This document shows, one piece after another, positions 16,177 to 31,700 of a DNA stretch of 64,000 nucleotides (positions within the stretch are counted from its first letter, which is position 1; every line of letters starts with the position of its first letter). Under the pieces are notes generated by a model, which was not told the DNA's origin, did not search any database, and worked only from the letters and a program-made list of their open reading frames with translations. This DNA comes from Amoebidium appalachense (taxonomy: Eukaryota > Protista > Ichthyosporea): assembly GCA_963693365.1 (NCBI GenBank), contig CAVNZM010000011.1, forward strand, positions 7,335,921 through 7,399,920, given 5' to 3'. Both the position numbers and the translations under genes were made by a program.

Positions 16177-16220
<44 letters not shown>

Positions 16221-16314
16221 ACCTCCAACCCCGAAAGAAAAGAAAAGAAAGACAAAAGAAAGGAAAAAATCACCCATTTCACACCGTCTTCCCTCATTAT
16301 CCCACCACACCCAC

Positions 16315-17038
16315 CATGGTTCCAGGGTTCACGTTCTCCTGGTTGTCGGTTTGCGCCGGCACACCCTTTGGCTCCTGCTTGACTTGTGGTGTCTCCAATG
16401 TAAGAGGCTGTTGGGGTGGTGGGGTGCTGTTTGGGGCTGGCTGGGTGGTGGTGGGGGCAGTATGACGCAGCTCACTAAGTCATAGTTGCAGCTGACCAAT
16501 CTCCGCTGCATGCTGTGTGTACGTGGACGTGTGTGTGTGTGTGTGTGGTTGGGGTATCAGGGAAGTGGTGTTCGTTGCCGGGAGCATTTGTTTATCAGAC
16601 AGCTCCGAAAACATCCCCATTTATTTGCACCAGTCGACTACTGGACTAGGCCAGTTTGAATAGTAATGTGTGTGTACGTGTGTGTGTGTGCGCGCGCGCA
16701 TGAGCAGAACTGCATTAATAACACGTGAGCCAGCTTGTCTTTTTCTGTGTGGTGCGTGCTTTAGTCAGGTGTACATAAAGAAAGTAAACGAACAACGCCA
16801 GAACCCCCCACAAGCACACAATCCAGTTGTTAGTCTTGTTTCGAGTCAAATGATATATGTACCCGCACGCGAGCGTGCATGTGTGTATCTCTGTGTAGGT
16901 GTGTGAGTGAGTGAGTGAGTGAAAGACTGAGTGGCTGAGTGGTGCGTGGGAGTACGAAACCTGGAGGGAGGAAGGGAGGGAGGGAGGGGGGAGGGAGAGA
17001 GGGAGAGAGAACGAGAGGGGAGAGAGTGAGAGTGAGAG

Positions 17039-17082
<44 letters not shown>

Positions 17083-17212
17083 TGTGTATATCCAGGTACC
17101 TGATCCCTCTCCTGCTGTGCCCTATATAGCTTTGCCGCCTGCTGACTCGCCTTTTGGCCCTCATCGAATGCCCTGAGCTCGGCTGTTCGAAGCTCTCTTA
17201 GCGTCCCCTACG

Positions 17213-17243
<31 letters not shown>

Positions 17244-18013
17244 TGTGAGGTGGGGATCGTGTAAGTAGTTCGTTGCAAGTTTGAGCACAGGGCAAGTCTT
17301 ATTGAAACACATCATCATATCCGCCCCTCCCCTCCTCCCTCTTCCCCCCGGCCCATCTCCTCCCCGCCTCTCCCCAACACAGCGTTCAAGATGCAACCCC
17401 CCCCCCCCGCCCCCAGCCTTCTATCCCTCCGAGTGTAAAGAATGCAAGGGTTCACACAGACGTTACATATGCCCCTGCACACAAACAAGAAGAAATGACA
17501 CTTACATGTACGGCCTTCCCACACGCAGACCTATACAGCAGCGACCCCGCTGTGTGCTCCACATCCCTGGACATAGAGGCACACAAACACACACACTAAC
17601 ACAAACATCCACGCGCGTGCACCCCCCCCCCCCCCCCCCCCCCCTGCCCCAACACACACAGACAATCACATCCATAGATGCACAACATCCCCCCCCCCCC
17701 CCCCCCCCACCTGCAACCTCTCCTCCAAGTTGGCTGAATGTAACTGAAGATACTCAAGATACTTTTCGTCCACACTGCCCGTCTCGCTCTGCAAAAAAAA
17801 AAAAATAATAAAAAAATTATAATAATAAAATAAAATTAGAAAAACTGTGTTATAGAAACTTCTGTAAGGGGTGGTTTGTATGTAAATTCTGTCGTGCAAA
17901 GACAGAGTAGTTGTTAGGTGTTTTTAGCAAGGGGTCAAATTTCTGCATTGTGCGTGTGTGTGGACTGATGAATGAGCGGTATCGGAGATGGTGGGTATTC
18001 CGTTGTGTGTGTG

Positions 18014-18068
<55 letters not shown>

Positions 18069-18306
18069 CGTGGGACGAAGCTCACAAAGGCCTGTTCTCA
18101 GTATGTATTAGTCAACCGTTCCAGCAGGATATGACGTGTGTGTGTTTTTGCATGTGCACTTGCATGGCTGTTGTAAGTGCATGTACACATACCACCAGAT
18201 AAGCCTCCCTCAGGCATGCGCCTTGTGCCCTGTGTGCGTCGTCTCTCTCTGTACTGTGTAGCCGTGCCTGCAGCAGTGAGATCTCCGCCTCCTTCTGTGC
18301 CAGCTC
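16315..18306 (-). pseudogene. Multi-exon coiled-coil protein gene with one in-frame TGA (exons 18306-18193, 17788-17711, 17207-17100, 16512-~16315; further exons likely on both sides)
   Basis: Four AG/GT-bounded phase-0 exons join in frame: ELAQKEAEISLLQARLHSTERDDAHRAQGACLREAYLV-SETGSVDEKYLEYLQLHSANLEERLQ-GTLRELRTAELRAFDEGQKASQQAAKLYRAQQERDQ-HAAEIGQLQL*LSELRH. Heptad-like composition. TGA at 16482-16480. Confidence 0.6.
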
Positions 18307-18477
18307 CTATACACCCTCCGTCAGCAACTCCCCCCCCCCCCCCCCCCCTCCCCCCCCCCCCCCCCCGGGGGGCTGCCCCTACTCCACCCATCCCTTACAA
18401 GCATGTGCACAAGCATGCACGCATGTAGCACGCACGTGCACACACACACACACATACACACCTGCCCCCTTCTCCCC

Positions 18478-18508
<31 letters not shown>

Positions 18509-18628
18509 CTCCCCCCGCTCCTTTTCCCAAACAATTCCCCCGCCGTTCTTCTTTCTCAGCCGGCTAGGTTCTTGGGTTGCCTGGTAAGTTTTGAAATGGA
18601 GGTCTCGTCTCTGATCTGTCCACCACAG

Positions 18629-18661
<33 letters not shown>

Positions 18662-18687
18662 CCCTCTCTCTCCTTCCCCCCCCCCCC

Positions 18688-18729
<42 letters not shown>

Positions 18730-18751
18730 CCCCTCCCCTCCCTCCCCTCCC

Positions 18752-18788
<37 letters not shown>

Positions 18789-19314
18789 TTTTTTTTTTTT
18801 TTTTTTTTCCCTTCTCCTCCCCCCCCCCCCCCCCCCCTTCCCCTCCTACCTTCTTTCCCCCCCCCCCCCCTTCCCCCCCCCCCCCCCCCCCCTGGCCAAA
18901 CCCTGTATACACTCTTCTCATCAGCAGGTCTCTAACCCACTCTGCAGAACGTTTTACGCATTTCTCCCCTCGGAGAACTTGGTCGTTGGTGCGTTTTTGT
19001 CTGACATCTAACGCTCTGCAGGGTCCCCTGAGACTACTGACACTCTAACATTCCCTCCCCTCTCTTACTTCACCCCCCCCCCCCCCCCCCCCCCCCCCCT
19101 TCCCCTCCCATTTTCTCTGCACACTCAACAGGTCTTAACCAGCTCTGCACATCGTTAGTCACAATCTTCTCACATATATGAGAGAATGATCGTATTGGTA
19201 CGTTTTGTCTAATATCTGACGATTCTGCAGCATCCCTAAAGACCCCCTCCCCCTCCCCTCTCCCCCCCCCCCCCCCCCCCCACCTTCTCTCTCTCTCTCT
19301 CTCCCCCCCCCCCC

Positions 19315-19380
<66 letters not shown>

Positions 19381-19460
19381 TTTTTTTTTTTTTTTTTTGG
19401 CGCCTGTTGTTTTGCTTGTCATTTGTTGTTCTGGTTGATTACCTGTAATCTTCGCTTATT

Positions 19461-19495
<35 letters not shown>

Positions 19496-20206
19496 TGTGC
19501 GGGGTTGCACATACCGGTGTCTACTTTTCTTCTTACTGTTTTTCTCTCCACACACTTCATCTGTCCACTTCTGCATACCCCCTTTCATAGCTATAGACAC
19601 ACTTCACACATTGCGTTACGCGCACGCATGCACACACCGCTCTGTTGGCGACAGCTCCCTTGGAACCCATGCGGCATGTTACCCGCCGGCGTAACATTAC
19701 TCGGACTATCGGTTTGGCTTTTTTCAAGCCCAAAGCAATGGGTGATACCATATTTCCGGCTGACATCCGGGGGCATAGCTTTCCGTTCGAAGACGATAAA
19801 GTTCCGCCCTAGTAAGCGTGTTACTACCCTGCGGCGTGGGTCAAATCTCATATTTTCCCCTCTGATTGCGAATTCTGCGGCCTTCGGGACTTAATTCTTT
19901 TCAGCTGGTGTAGTATGTTAGCCAGGGAAGTATCGACTTAGGTATCGACGGGGGAGCTTCCTAGAAGCCCCGTCTCCTGAGTTCCTATCTATATTTTTCT
20001 TGCTTCTGCTTACTGCTGCAACTTTAACCCCCGGCCTTTCCCACTGCCCTTGCCTGCATAAGCAACCCTGCTCGTCTCTGATCAAGACGGGTGACCTACT
20101 CATGTTCAAGTGAAACAGTATCTGAGTTGGGTTTCGTTAACGAGGGGAATAGGTCGAAACTCGGGTACTGTGGATGACGTGGGCCCCCCCTGAGGATGGG
20201 CTCTGC

Positions 20207-20294
20207 TTATTATGCATACTCTTTATGTATGGCTTGCATTCTGCATCGTGTTATCCGTTTGTTCTTGTGTACTTCGTACTTTTTGACGCATTCA

Positions 20295-20297
<3 letters not shown>
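20207..20297 (-). repeat. 91-bp dispersed repeat, copy 2
   Basis: Exact reverse complement of 15179-15269, followed by poly-C. Confidence 0.92.
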
Positions 20298-20349
<52 letters not shown>

Positions 20350-20803
20350 GGCCCCGTCTCCAGCCCCCGAGCACCCTCCACCATTTCTCCCCGGCTCCTT
20401 CCCTCGAGCTCTCAACCACCACCATCACCATCAACACCATCACCCCACCCATATCCCTTGCAGCACAAAAACTATCAAAAAACTTGCCAGGATATTGCTG
20501 AAATCAAACCCCCCCCCCCCCCCCCCCCCTCTCCCCGCTCCCTTCCCCTCTCACCTCTCCGCAAAAAACAAAAACGAAAAAAAAAAACTTAACCAGTTAT
20601 TCTGCATACCACTAAATTAGCCTTCTAACCCCCCTCCCACCTCTCCGCGGACCCATCTCATTAGCCTTCTCTATTCCTTTTGGCCTATTTTCTCTCCCAC
20701 ATAACGCCTTTCTCTATCCTAACCAGAAAGATTCTAATCCGATCTGCTTTTATACCTTAGTTCCAACATCTGTTAGCCATCGGGATGCCTACTCGGGGGG
20801 GCT

Positions 20804-20854
<51 letters not shown>

Positions 20855-20976
20855 CTCCTCCCGGAAACATACAATACACTTGCTGCCACCATTTTCCACC
20901 CGACCCAGAAAAACAAATGCACACACGAATATCATAACACAGCAAAAGCAGACACCAAGTGTACATGCATGTGCGG

Positions 20977-21036
<60 letters not shown>

Positions 21037-21098
21037 ACACCCACACCCACGCCCACACCACTCCACACCCACCCACCCACACACACAGGTAGACATAC

Positions 21099-24308
<3,210 letters not shown>

Positions 24309-25871
24309 CTAGGTTAGCTACACACTAGCCCTGGATAGAAACAGATGATCATCGGAAAGGAGATGTGTCCGTGTTACAAAAGCATCTGTGGAATCGCTAG
24401 GGAGGTGTGATGTGTGTGTCTTATCTGCGCGAATCTGTTAAGCATGTGGAGAACACATTTTTGATTCCTACATGGTTAAAAAATAAGGCAGCTATGCATC
24501 CATAGCCCCCAGACAAGTACTTGTCTTGACCACTATGAGATGGGAAAGATCTTCGGTCAGATCTACGGTATCCAGCAACATGAACCACACACTAACATCG
24601 AATCCTAGCAACACTGACGAGAAAAACAAAACTACGAACTTCAAACATGACAGCAGTGTCGGACAAGAACATAGAGGTGGTGTACATCTGCCTAAACTCC
24701 CCATCACTTACGTTTTCGGTTTCCTGGTTGGCCATGTTCTTGATGTGCCCCCACCAAGCTGTTACAAAACTCTAGGCGGTGAGCAAAGAAGAAAAAGGTA
24801 AAAACCCTACAGTACAGGCAGATAACTGTTAGGGCGTTGGCCCAACTAAGCTATGTACTAGAAATCATAATAAAGCAGGACTCCTGAAACTCAAAAACAC
24901 TATCAGAACATAAACGTACACTGGCAGGGTTCTTGCAGTGCAGATCTATGAAACTTTGTTTCTACGGATGCCTGCTTCCGATATGTTGAGAGCGATTAGG
25001 ATGGAAAAATGGCTTTTTATCGACGTATTGACTACATAGTCATTAATAGTTTACCAGTGGCAGGACACGGCGCCGTCCAAGAAAATCGGTCCCCCGGTTG
25101 GCGGTCCCGGAAGGAGAAGGAGAGGGGGAGTAAAAAAAGGAGAACATGTATGTATAATTATTAGGCGTTTCATCTAAGTACCGATGTTGTCTTCAGTAGT
25201 ACCCTGCTTGGTTATGTACCCACTTAGAAGGCCTCTTCTCCGGCTGGCGCGCACACGACACCCTTACCAATGCCAACGTATGTACAAAGTACGGTAATAA
25301 ATGAGCCCCCCCCCCCCCCCCCTTCGTGGCACCAGTCACCACCACCCACCATTTGAGTTTTGTCCTGTCGGGAACAAACACGAAACTCTCAACAAAACCC
25401 CATGCACCGGCACCACCAACACCAACACAGTGTACACACGTCACACCACCACCTCGAACACAAGGCTACATTATAACATTTTATTTGCCAGAACTATACT
25501 GGCGTGCCAGATTCACACTAAGATGTCCAACCTATAGTCAAATGTTCTGGTGGCTCCTACACACAGGTTGGGCACAGTATCTGACATAACCTGCCTTCCC
25601 ACCTTATACCTACAAGCATTTCATGTTCGGTGTAGTGCTTTATCATGTTTTTTATACAGCAATTGTCATCTATCCACTATAAGGAAACCCCCGTGACGTG
25701 CGCGCGTGTGGCGTGGGTTGCTGCTTTCCAGCTGTGTGTCTGCGTGTGTTTTATTTATACCGATTCGAAAAAATGCCATACAACATAAAAAACAAGGTGC
25801 AAAACGAATCGATCGACGAGCCAAACGTTGGCTAAGATGTCAATGACCCAAGATGTAAATGCGCTCTCTCC

Positions 25872-27695
25872 TCAATACGGTTTGGCACCCCCAAGCTGAA
25901 GCAAACAAAAAACGGTCAGTACATTTAGGTGACTTCCGATCTCGTTTAATCTTCATCAAGAGACGAGGCTGTCAAAAGCGCACCTAAAGGGGCACATGTA
26001 CAATTTGGAATGTACACTAACCCTTTCGTGGAATAGACTTGCCAAGCCCTCCCCCCCCCCCCCCCCCCCCCCCCCCCAACCCCCACACACACCCTTGCAA
26101 CCCCACCACTTACAATCAGCCCAGCACCAGACGAACAGCTCAAACGGTAGCTTCATCTAGGAGAGTACTCGGGCAAACAGGAGGTTGAGAGGGTGAAGGG
26201 GGAAAGGGGAGGGGGGGGGGGGTCACTTTCCTCCCTTTCATTTCCTTCTTCCCCCTTTTCTTTGATCTATTTCACACAGTGGTGTCAACGTTACTATGTT
26301 TTATACCCAATCCCAATCGGGTTATAGTGGTGTGTGACACGGGACACAAAAGGATATGGATGCGTGTATGTGTCACAGTACATCAATTGTCGGCCAGCAT
26401 GTTCGCGGATCCCGCAACAAACAGAGCACACAAAGACTGTGTGTGTGTGTGGAAATGTGGTAGTGGGGGATAGGGAGATATATTAAACATCCAATAGCCG
26501 AATCCACACTTCCTATATGACCCACAACCCCCCCCCCCCCCCCCCCATAAAAAAAAACAAAACGAACATAACAAACAAAACAAACAAAAACCACCCTCAA
26601 GGATGCAGCCCATACCTCGATGACTTCCAACTCCAGCGGTGTGGGTGCCTTTCTGGCATACTTTGCCGGCAGGTCCAAAAACGAGGGTGCGGTGGACTCA
26701 CTCTTGGCCACCTTGGCCGCCACAGGGGCAGAATGGGTGCTGAACTTATCCCGACCAAGCTTGATCAGCGCTGTGGTGGGGAGATTTCAAAGTAAGCCCA
26801 CATTTATGTTTTGTTCTTCCCTCCCCCCCCCCCCCCCCCCCCCCCGCACGTTCATCAAGAGTCCAAGCTTGTTTCATTCATCCATAGTCCAGGCTTGCCT
26901 TTACCTTTCAACACTGAGTCCAACTTTGTTTCTTTTTATCGACAGAGAGTCCAAAGTTGTTTATTCGTCAACAATGAGTCCAAGCTTGTTTGTTTTTTTT
27001 GTTCATAAGGAAACTCTTTCATGGGCTGAGAGGCACATAAAGCCGATTCCCCTCCCCGTCTCCCTTCCTTGGCACCTGAATTCAGAAAGTGCGTTGAAGG
27101 ACAACAAGTCGTAACACAACAACAAGTTCGACCCCCCCCCCCCCCCCCCCCACCGCCAGTTAATGTCACACATCCACCCACACAACCCAAAAGCAACAAA
27201 GACCCCCCCCCCCCCCTCCCACTCGCCCAGTCCTGCCGCATTTTGCCCCTTTCTCCAAAAGAAGAATCCCCCCCAAAAAAGATCAAAGAAGTACGGTACA
27301 GGAATCAAAGAGTAAACAGTGAACCCTGTGGTTTGACCATCTGTCCAACGGGAAGACAGGTCGGAGGGTGTATGTGTGTGTGTGTGTGGGCCGGGGGGGG
27401 GGGGGGGGGGGGGGGGGCTTCGAGAAGGTCCCCCGACAGGAAGAGTAGTGGTGGTGGTGGTGGTTTTGGGTGGGAGGGGGAAAGCACATGCGCAAGTATA
27501 TGTGTAGGGAGGAAGAAAGGTGTACTGTCGTTCATCTATCGCAGCTGTGACTAACCGTCACCCCCACGTGTGGGCATACACTGAAACAGGAAAGGGAAAC
27601 TTACCGGCGCCAGACTCATCTCTCCTCCTTGGGAAAGAGATTGCGCGGACGTGTGGGCGCACCTGCTTGAGCGCTTGAAGAAGAGAGCCAGCCAT
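25872..27695 (-). CDS. KGD4: Alpha-ketoglutarate dehydrogenase component 4 / mitochondrial ribosomal protein S36, 89 aa (exons 27695-27605, 26770-26616, 25895-25872)
   Basis: Three GT-AG exons join in frame: MAGSLLQALKQVRPHVRAISFPRRRDESGA-ALIKLGRDKF...SFLDLPAKYARKAPTPLELEVIE-LGGAKPY*. The N-terminal PH...I.FP.RR and C-terminal LP.KY.R.P....E.E.I..GGA are MRPS36/Kgd4 signatures. Confidence 0.85.
26858..27003. repeat. Degenerate minisatellite in KGD4 intron 1
   Basis: Recurring GAGTCCAA(GCTTGTTT)-like core at ~30-bp spacing. Confidence 0.6.
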
Positions 27696-28964
27696 GTTGC
27701 CTTCAGACACAAGACTCGTTGAGTATACTGTTCTGGAGGCAACACGCTGGTTAGATCTGCAGTTCAAGAAAAGTTCGTGCCTCGCAAGGGGAGTTTCCTA
27801 CGTGTAACACTCGCTGAACGTGTGTGAAAGCTAAGCTCTTTACAAAGCCTCCAAATTACGGCATTGGCTCCTGCAGAAGTTTTTCCGTGCAGAAGTCTAA
27901 GCACAAAAGAACGCCCCTAGACTATACATACCCCCGCACAATCAGCGAAACTTCCGGTGTACGCATAATAAAAGGACGGCTCAAAGGGACGCTGTAGATG
28001 TGCTCATACCAGCAGGGAGCAAGGAGAAAACTCTACTTTACTTGTAGCTGAGACAGGAACATACACAACGAAGGTCTCGTTTTTTGTCTAAACCTTTCTC
28101 TGTGACCACACTGCATTTCGTTTTTCTGCAGGCGCCGGACGGGCAGCGGCGCCGCCGGCGCATAATTGTACTGTCTTATTTCCTATTGGCTGGCGCAACG
28201 GCCGGACGTCCCTATTGGATGCTTGTCTTGTGGGGACTAATCAGATTTGTGGTTTTGTGCTCTTGAATTTATGGGGGGGGTTAGTAGTTCAGGAGCCGAG
28301 CTTGCATGCATTCTGTAATTGTGTTTTTCTGTGTGTCCTGCCACAACTAGGCCACCTTATCAGAGAGCTAGATGCAGTTTCTCCGGGTTATCTAGGGGCC
28401 GGGCCCGTTGGGATTGTTTTTTAGCTCAGATTTGGTCTGCATTGCTCTTTTAGAGGCTGACTTGCTTGCTGTGCCTCGGTAGGTTTTGAGGGGGGCCTGT
28501 TGGGATGCAGCAGTAATGATGTCTTCTTGCGGAGTGTGGATTGGTCAACATCGATGCATATGACTAGTTGGAGCAAACTAGTTTCACGCATACACGTACA
28601 CTTAAGGTTTTGCCCGCTGGTGTCCTTTGTCACTTGTCGCTTTATTTTTATTTCGTGGCTTTGGCTTTTTCAGTTCTATTGGTGGTTATGTAGCCTGTGG
28701 CTGCACGTTGCCTTCATCAACGGATCAATAAAACCGAGTCAAAAGAAAGAAAAAAAAAAGGAAAAAAGAAAAAAGAAAAATAAAGTTTCCGTTGTCAAAT
28801 GCTCATCGTTCCCCCCGAGCACATTTTACGGTTACGAAATGGGGGTTTACACACTTTTTATTGGAAATTACGAAATGGGGAATTCAGCCGGTAATCGGCT
28901 TGCTTAAATTTCTGCTCCGCCACTGACTGTCAGTCTAGACTCTAGAGTGACACAGAGAACAGAC

Positions 28965-29415
28965 AGGAGAGTGCTTGGTAAGAGTTGAGAATGGAGAAGT
29001 GAAGCTTGCAGTAATTGTGGCGAGAGGGAAAAAGAGGGGGGGGGGGGGGGGGAGGGGGGGGGGGGTTTGTTCCTAAGAGTGGGAGAAGGATAAAGCATGG
29101 GGGGGAAAGAGAAAGAGAGAGGAGAAGTGTGCTCGAGAGTGGGAGAGAAGGATAAAGCGTGGGGAGAAAGATGAGGAGAGTGTGATTGAGAGTAGGAGGG
29201 AAAGATAAAGCTTGTGGCGAGAGAGAGAGAGAGTGGAGATTGTGCTTGAGAGTGGGAGTTTATCATAGATCTTCGCGGAAGACATAGAGGAGAGTGTGCT
29301 TGAGATCTAAGTGTAAGTGGGAGAGAAAGATCATGCTTTTTAGATACCGAGGAGAGAGAGGACGAGAGTGTGCTTGAGAGTGGGGGAGGAAAATAAAGCT
29401 TTGCGCGAGAGATCT
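28965..29415. repeat. Degenerate purine-rich minisatellite
   Basis: Recurring GAGAGTGTGCTTGAGAGTGGG...GATAAAGC(T/G)TG units. Confidence 0.6.
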
Positions 29416-29939
29416 CGGGAGAGATAAAGAGAGATGTAGTATTATTTGTGGAGCCCGCCCGTGCTGGTAAGCCCTCGGAATAAGGCAGCCAGGCACCCTG
29501 GAGTTGCTTTTTCTGCCTCTTCCGATGTTGGCTGGCGGACGTGGTACCCATGTGTACCGTGGCAATTGCAACGGTCAGTTCGAAGAACCGAGTGGGTTCC
29601 ATGCAGTGATACTGAGGGCATTCTTTTATTATAGTAACGGTTTGAACGGAGGAAGATACCATAGGATATTCATAGGTGAATGAACAGTGGAGCAGCGATG
29701 TGCTTGAGGGCATCTTGACAACCGGCCATCCCACGGTAGCCCGCTTTATGTCTTCCGCAGACTCAGCTGGTTTTACCAACCACTTTACTCAGCCTTTGAT
29801 GAGTAGTGCATCCTTCAAAGCAATGAAGTCGTCATATTGTCAACTAAACTGCTTGTCCCAGACCCTGCAGCTCACATTTATGTCGACTCCAGGTCGTAAG
29901 CAGATGAGACTTTGCAGAAACGATAAAACATATTCTATC

Positions 29940-31042
29940 CTACTCCCATGTTAGTATGATCTTCCCCACGTTTTCGTTGGCCTCCATAATGCGGTGGGCC
30001 TCATCCACCTGTGCCACAGACACGTGTGTGTGGACGTTTGCCTGCAGGCTGCCGTTGGAAAACCCCTCAAGGCAAGAGTCCGTGAACTCCTTTGCCAATC
30101 GCGCTACAGGTGTTGGTGTTGTGTTCACATCATTGGCCAGGGAGTAACAAGGAGGATTTCGTTGCAACAGAAAAGAAGCAAAATACAGTGCCAGCCTGCT
30201 CGGCTCGCCCGTTAAAAACACCTCCCTCTTCTGCTTTTCCGCAACGGTTGCATACCAAACCACGCAAAGCAAACGAATGTGAGCTAGGAAGCAGCCTGTC
30301 CTCCATCTTTTCCTTCCCAACTCTCAACCGCCATGAAAAGGTGAGAGCGTTCATTTCATCTTCGAGTAGAAAGTGAGCACACACACACGGCTACTAGACA
30401 CCACAACTTTTCTGCTTGTTTCTTGCCTCGGGTATACACCACCTAGCCCCAGAAAACCGTTCCACTGCCTTATGACAAGACCATTCAATGGATTGCCTTA
30501 TCACATCTACCCACACCATAAGGGGACCGTAAGTTCCTGTAACCCTACCTTTGTATTCCTTGCCCCTGTTCCTGAGTGTAGAGCCCACGATGCTGAGACG
30601 GTTTCTCAAAATCAGCGCCATGTTGAAGGGTTCGGGGTCATGGGCCCACCAAGCAGGCCAAGAAGGACCATCCTGCCGTCTAGGCAAAGCGACTGTTGGA
30701 GCCGTATGGTTAGCGTGTGCATGTGCGCATGCCAAATAGTCGTTGTGGTTTATGGTATGGGTTTTATGGTTGACCCATGGCGTTTCTCTGTTCTCTTTTC
30801 ACGCCCATCAATAATTTGGGAACCTGTGAAGTCACACCGAACTTCGTATCGTTTGTAGAGCCTAAACATGCACATGACATTATGTAACGCTGTTTGTCTT
30901 CTGGCGTGCTGTCAACTGGTATATCAAAAAAGAATGTGTAGTTTCACTTCCTCACGGATGATCAATGAATAAACTACATTGCAACGTCCTCTTACTAGTA
31001 CTGGTTTAGCTCACAGTGTAAACACAACCCCCCCCCCCCCCC

Positions 31043-31085
<43 letters not shown>

Positions 31086-31088
31086 ACA

Positions 31089-31136
<48 letters not shown>

Positions 31137-31146
31137 CACACTCACA

Positions 31147-31188
<42 letters not shown>

Positions 31189-31204
31189 ACCACCACCACC
31201 ACCA

Positions 31205-31260
<56 letters not shown>

Positions 31261-31646
31261 AGGAAGGAAAACAAAATCACGTTCACAACCACACACATGC
31301 ATCCCCCCCCCCCTCTCCCTGCGAAGCCCAATTAAGACCCTATCGATATCCAGACCCTGTAGAATGGTTGATACCTCTCCAGAAGACCGTTCTCCAGCTA
31401 ACGAGAAAGTAAGACAGCACCACGCCTGATAAACAGCAGTGCACACAAACACACACACACCTTCAAGTTTTTGTCCAGAGATGACCCTCCAACAAAGTCA
31501 ACGACCACGTTTACACCCTTGCCGTTGTTGGCCTCTACAACTACTGCGGAGAAATCTGTCGTCTTGTAGTTAAAGGTTTTGCGTGCTCCCACATCTTCGA
31601 CTTTTTGTACCTTGTCCTCGGAGCCTGCGTGTGTACGCGTGTGTGT

Positions 31647-31700
<54 letters not shown>

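Noticed and set aside
16120-16177. (CAGCCC)n as telomere-like or coding repeat
   Set aside because: Short intronic hexamer microsatellite that merges into poly-C.
17508-17567. Extra exon of the coiled-coil gene (AG...GTAAGT bounded)
   Set aside because: Inclusion breaks the frame; the flanking exons join in phase without it.
28904-29779. 291-aa minus-strand ORF
   Set aside because: Mostly a translated purine-rich minisatellite with no recognisable motifs.
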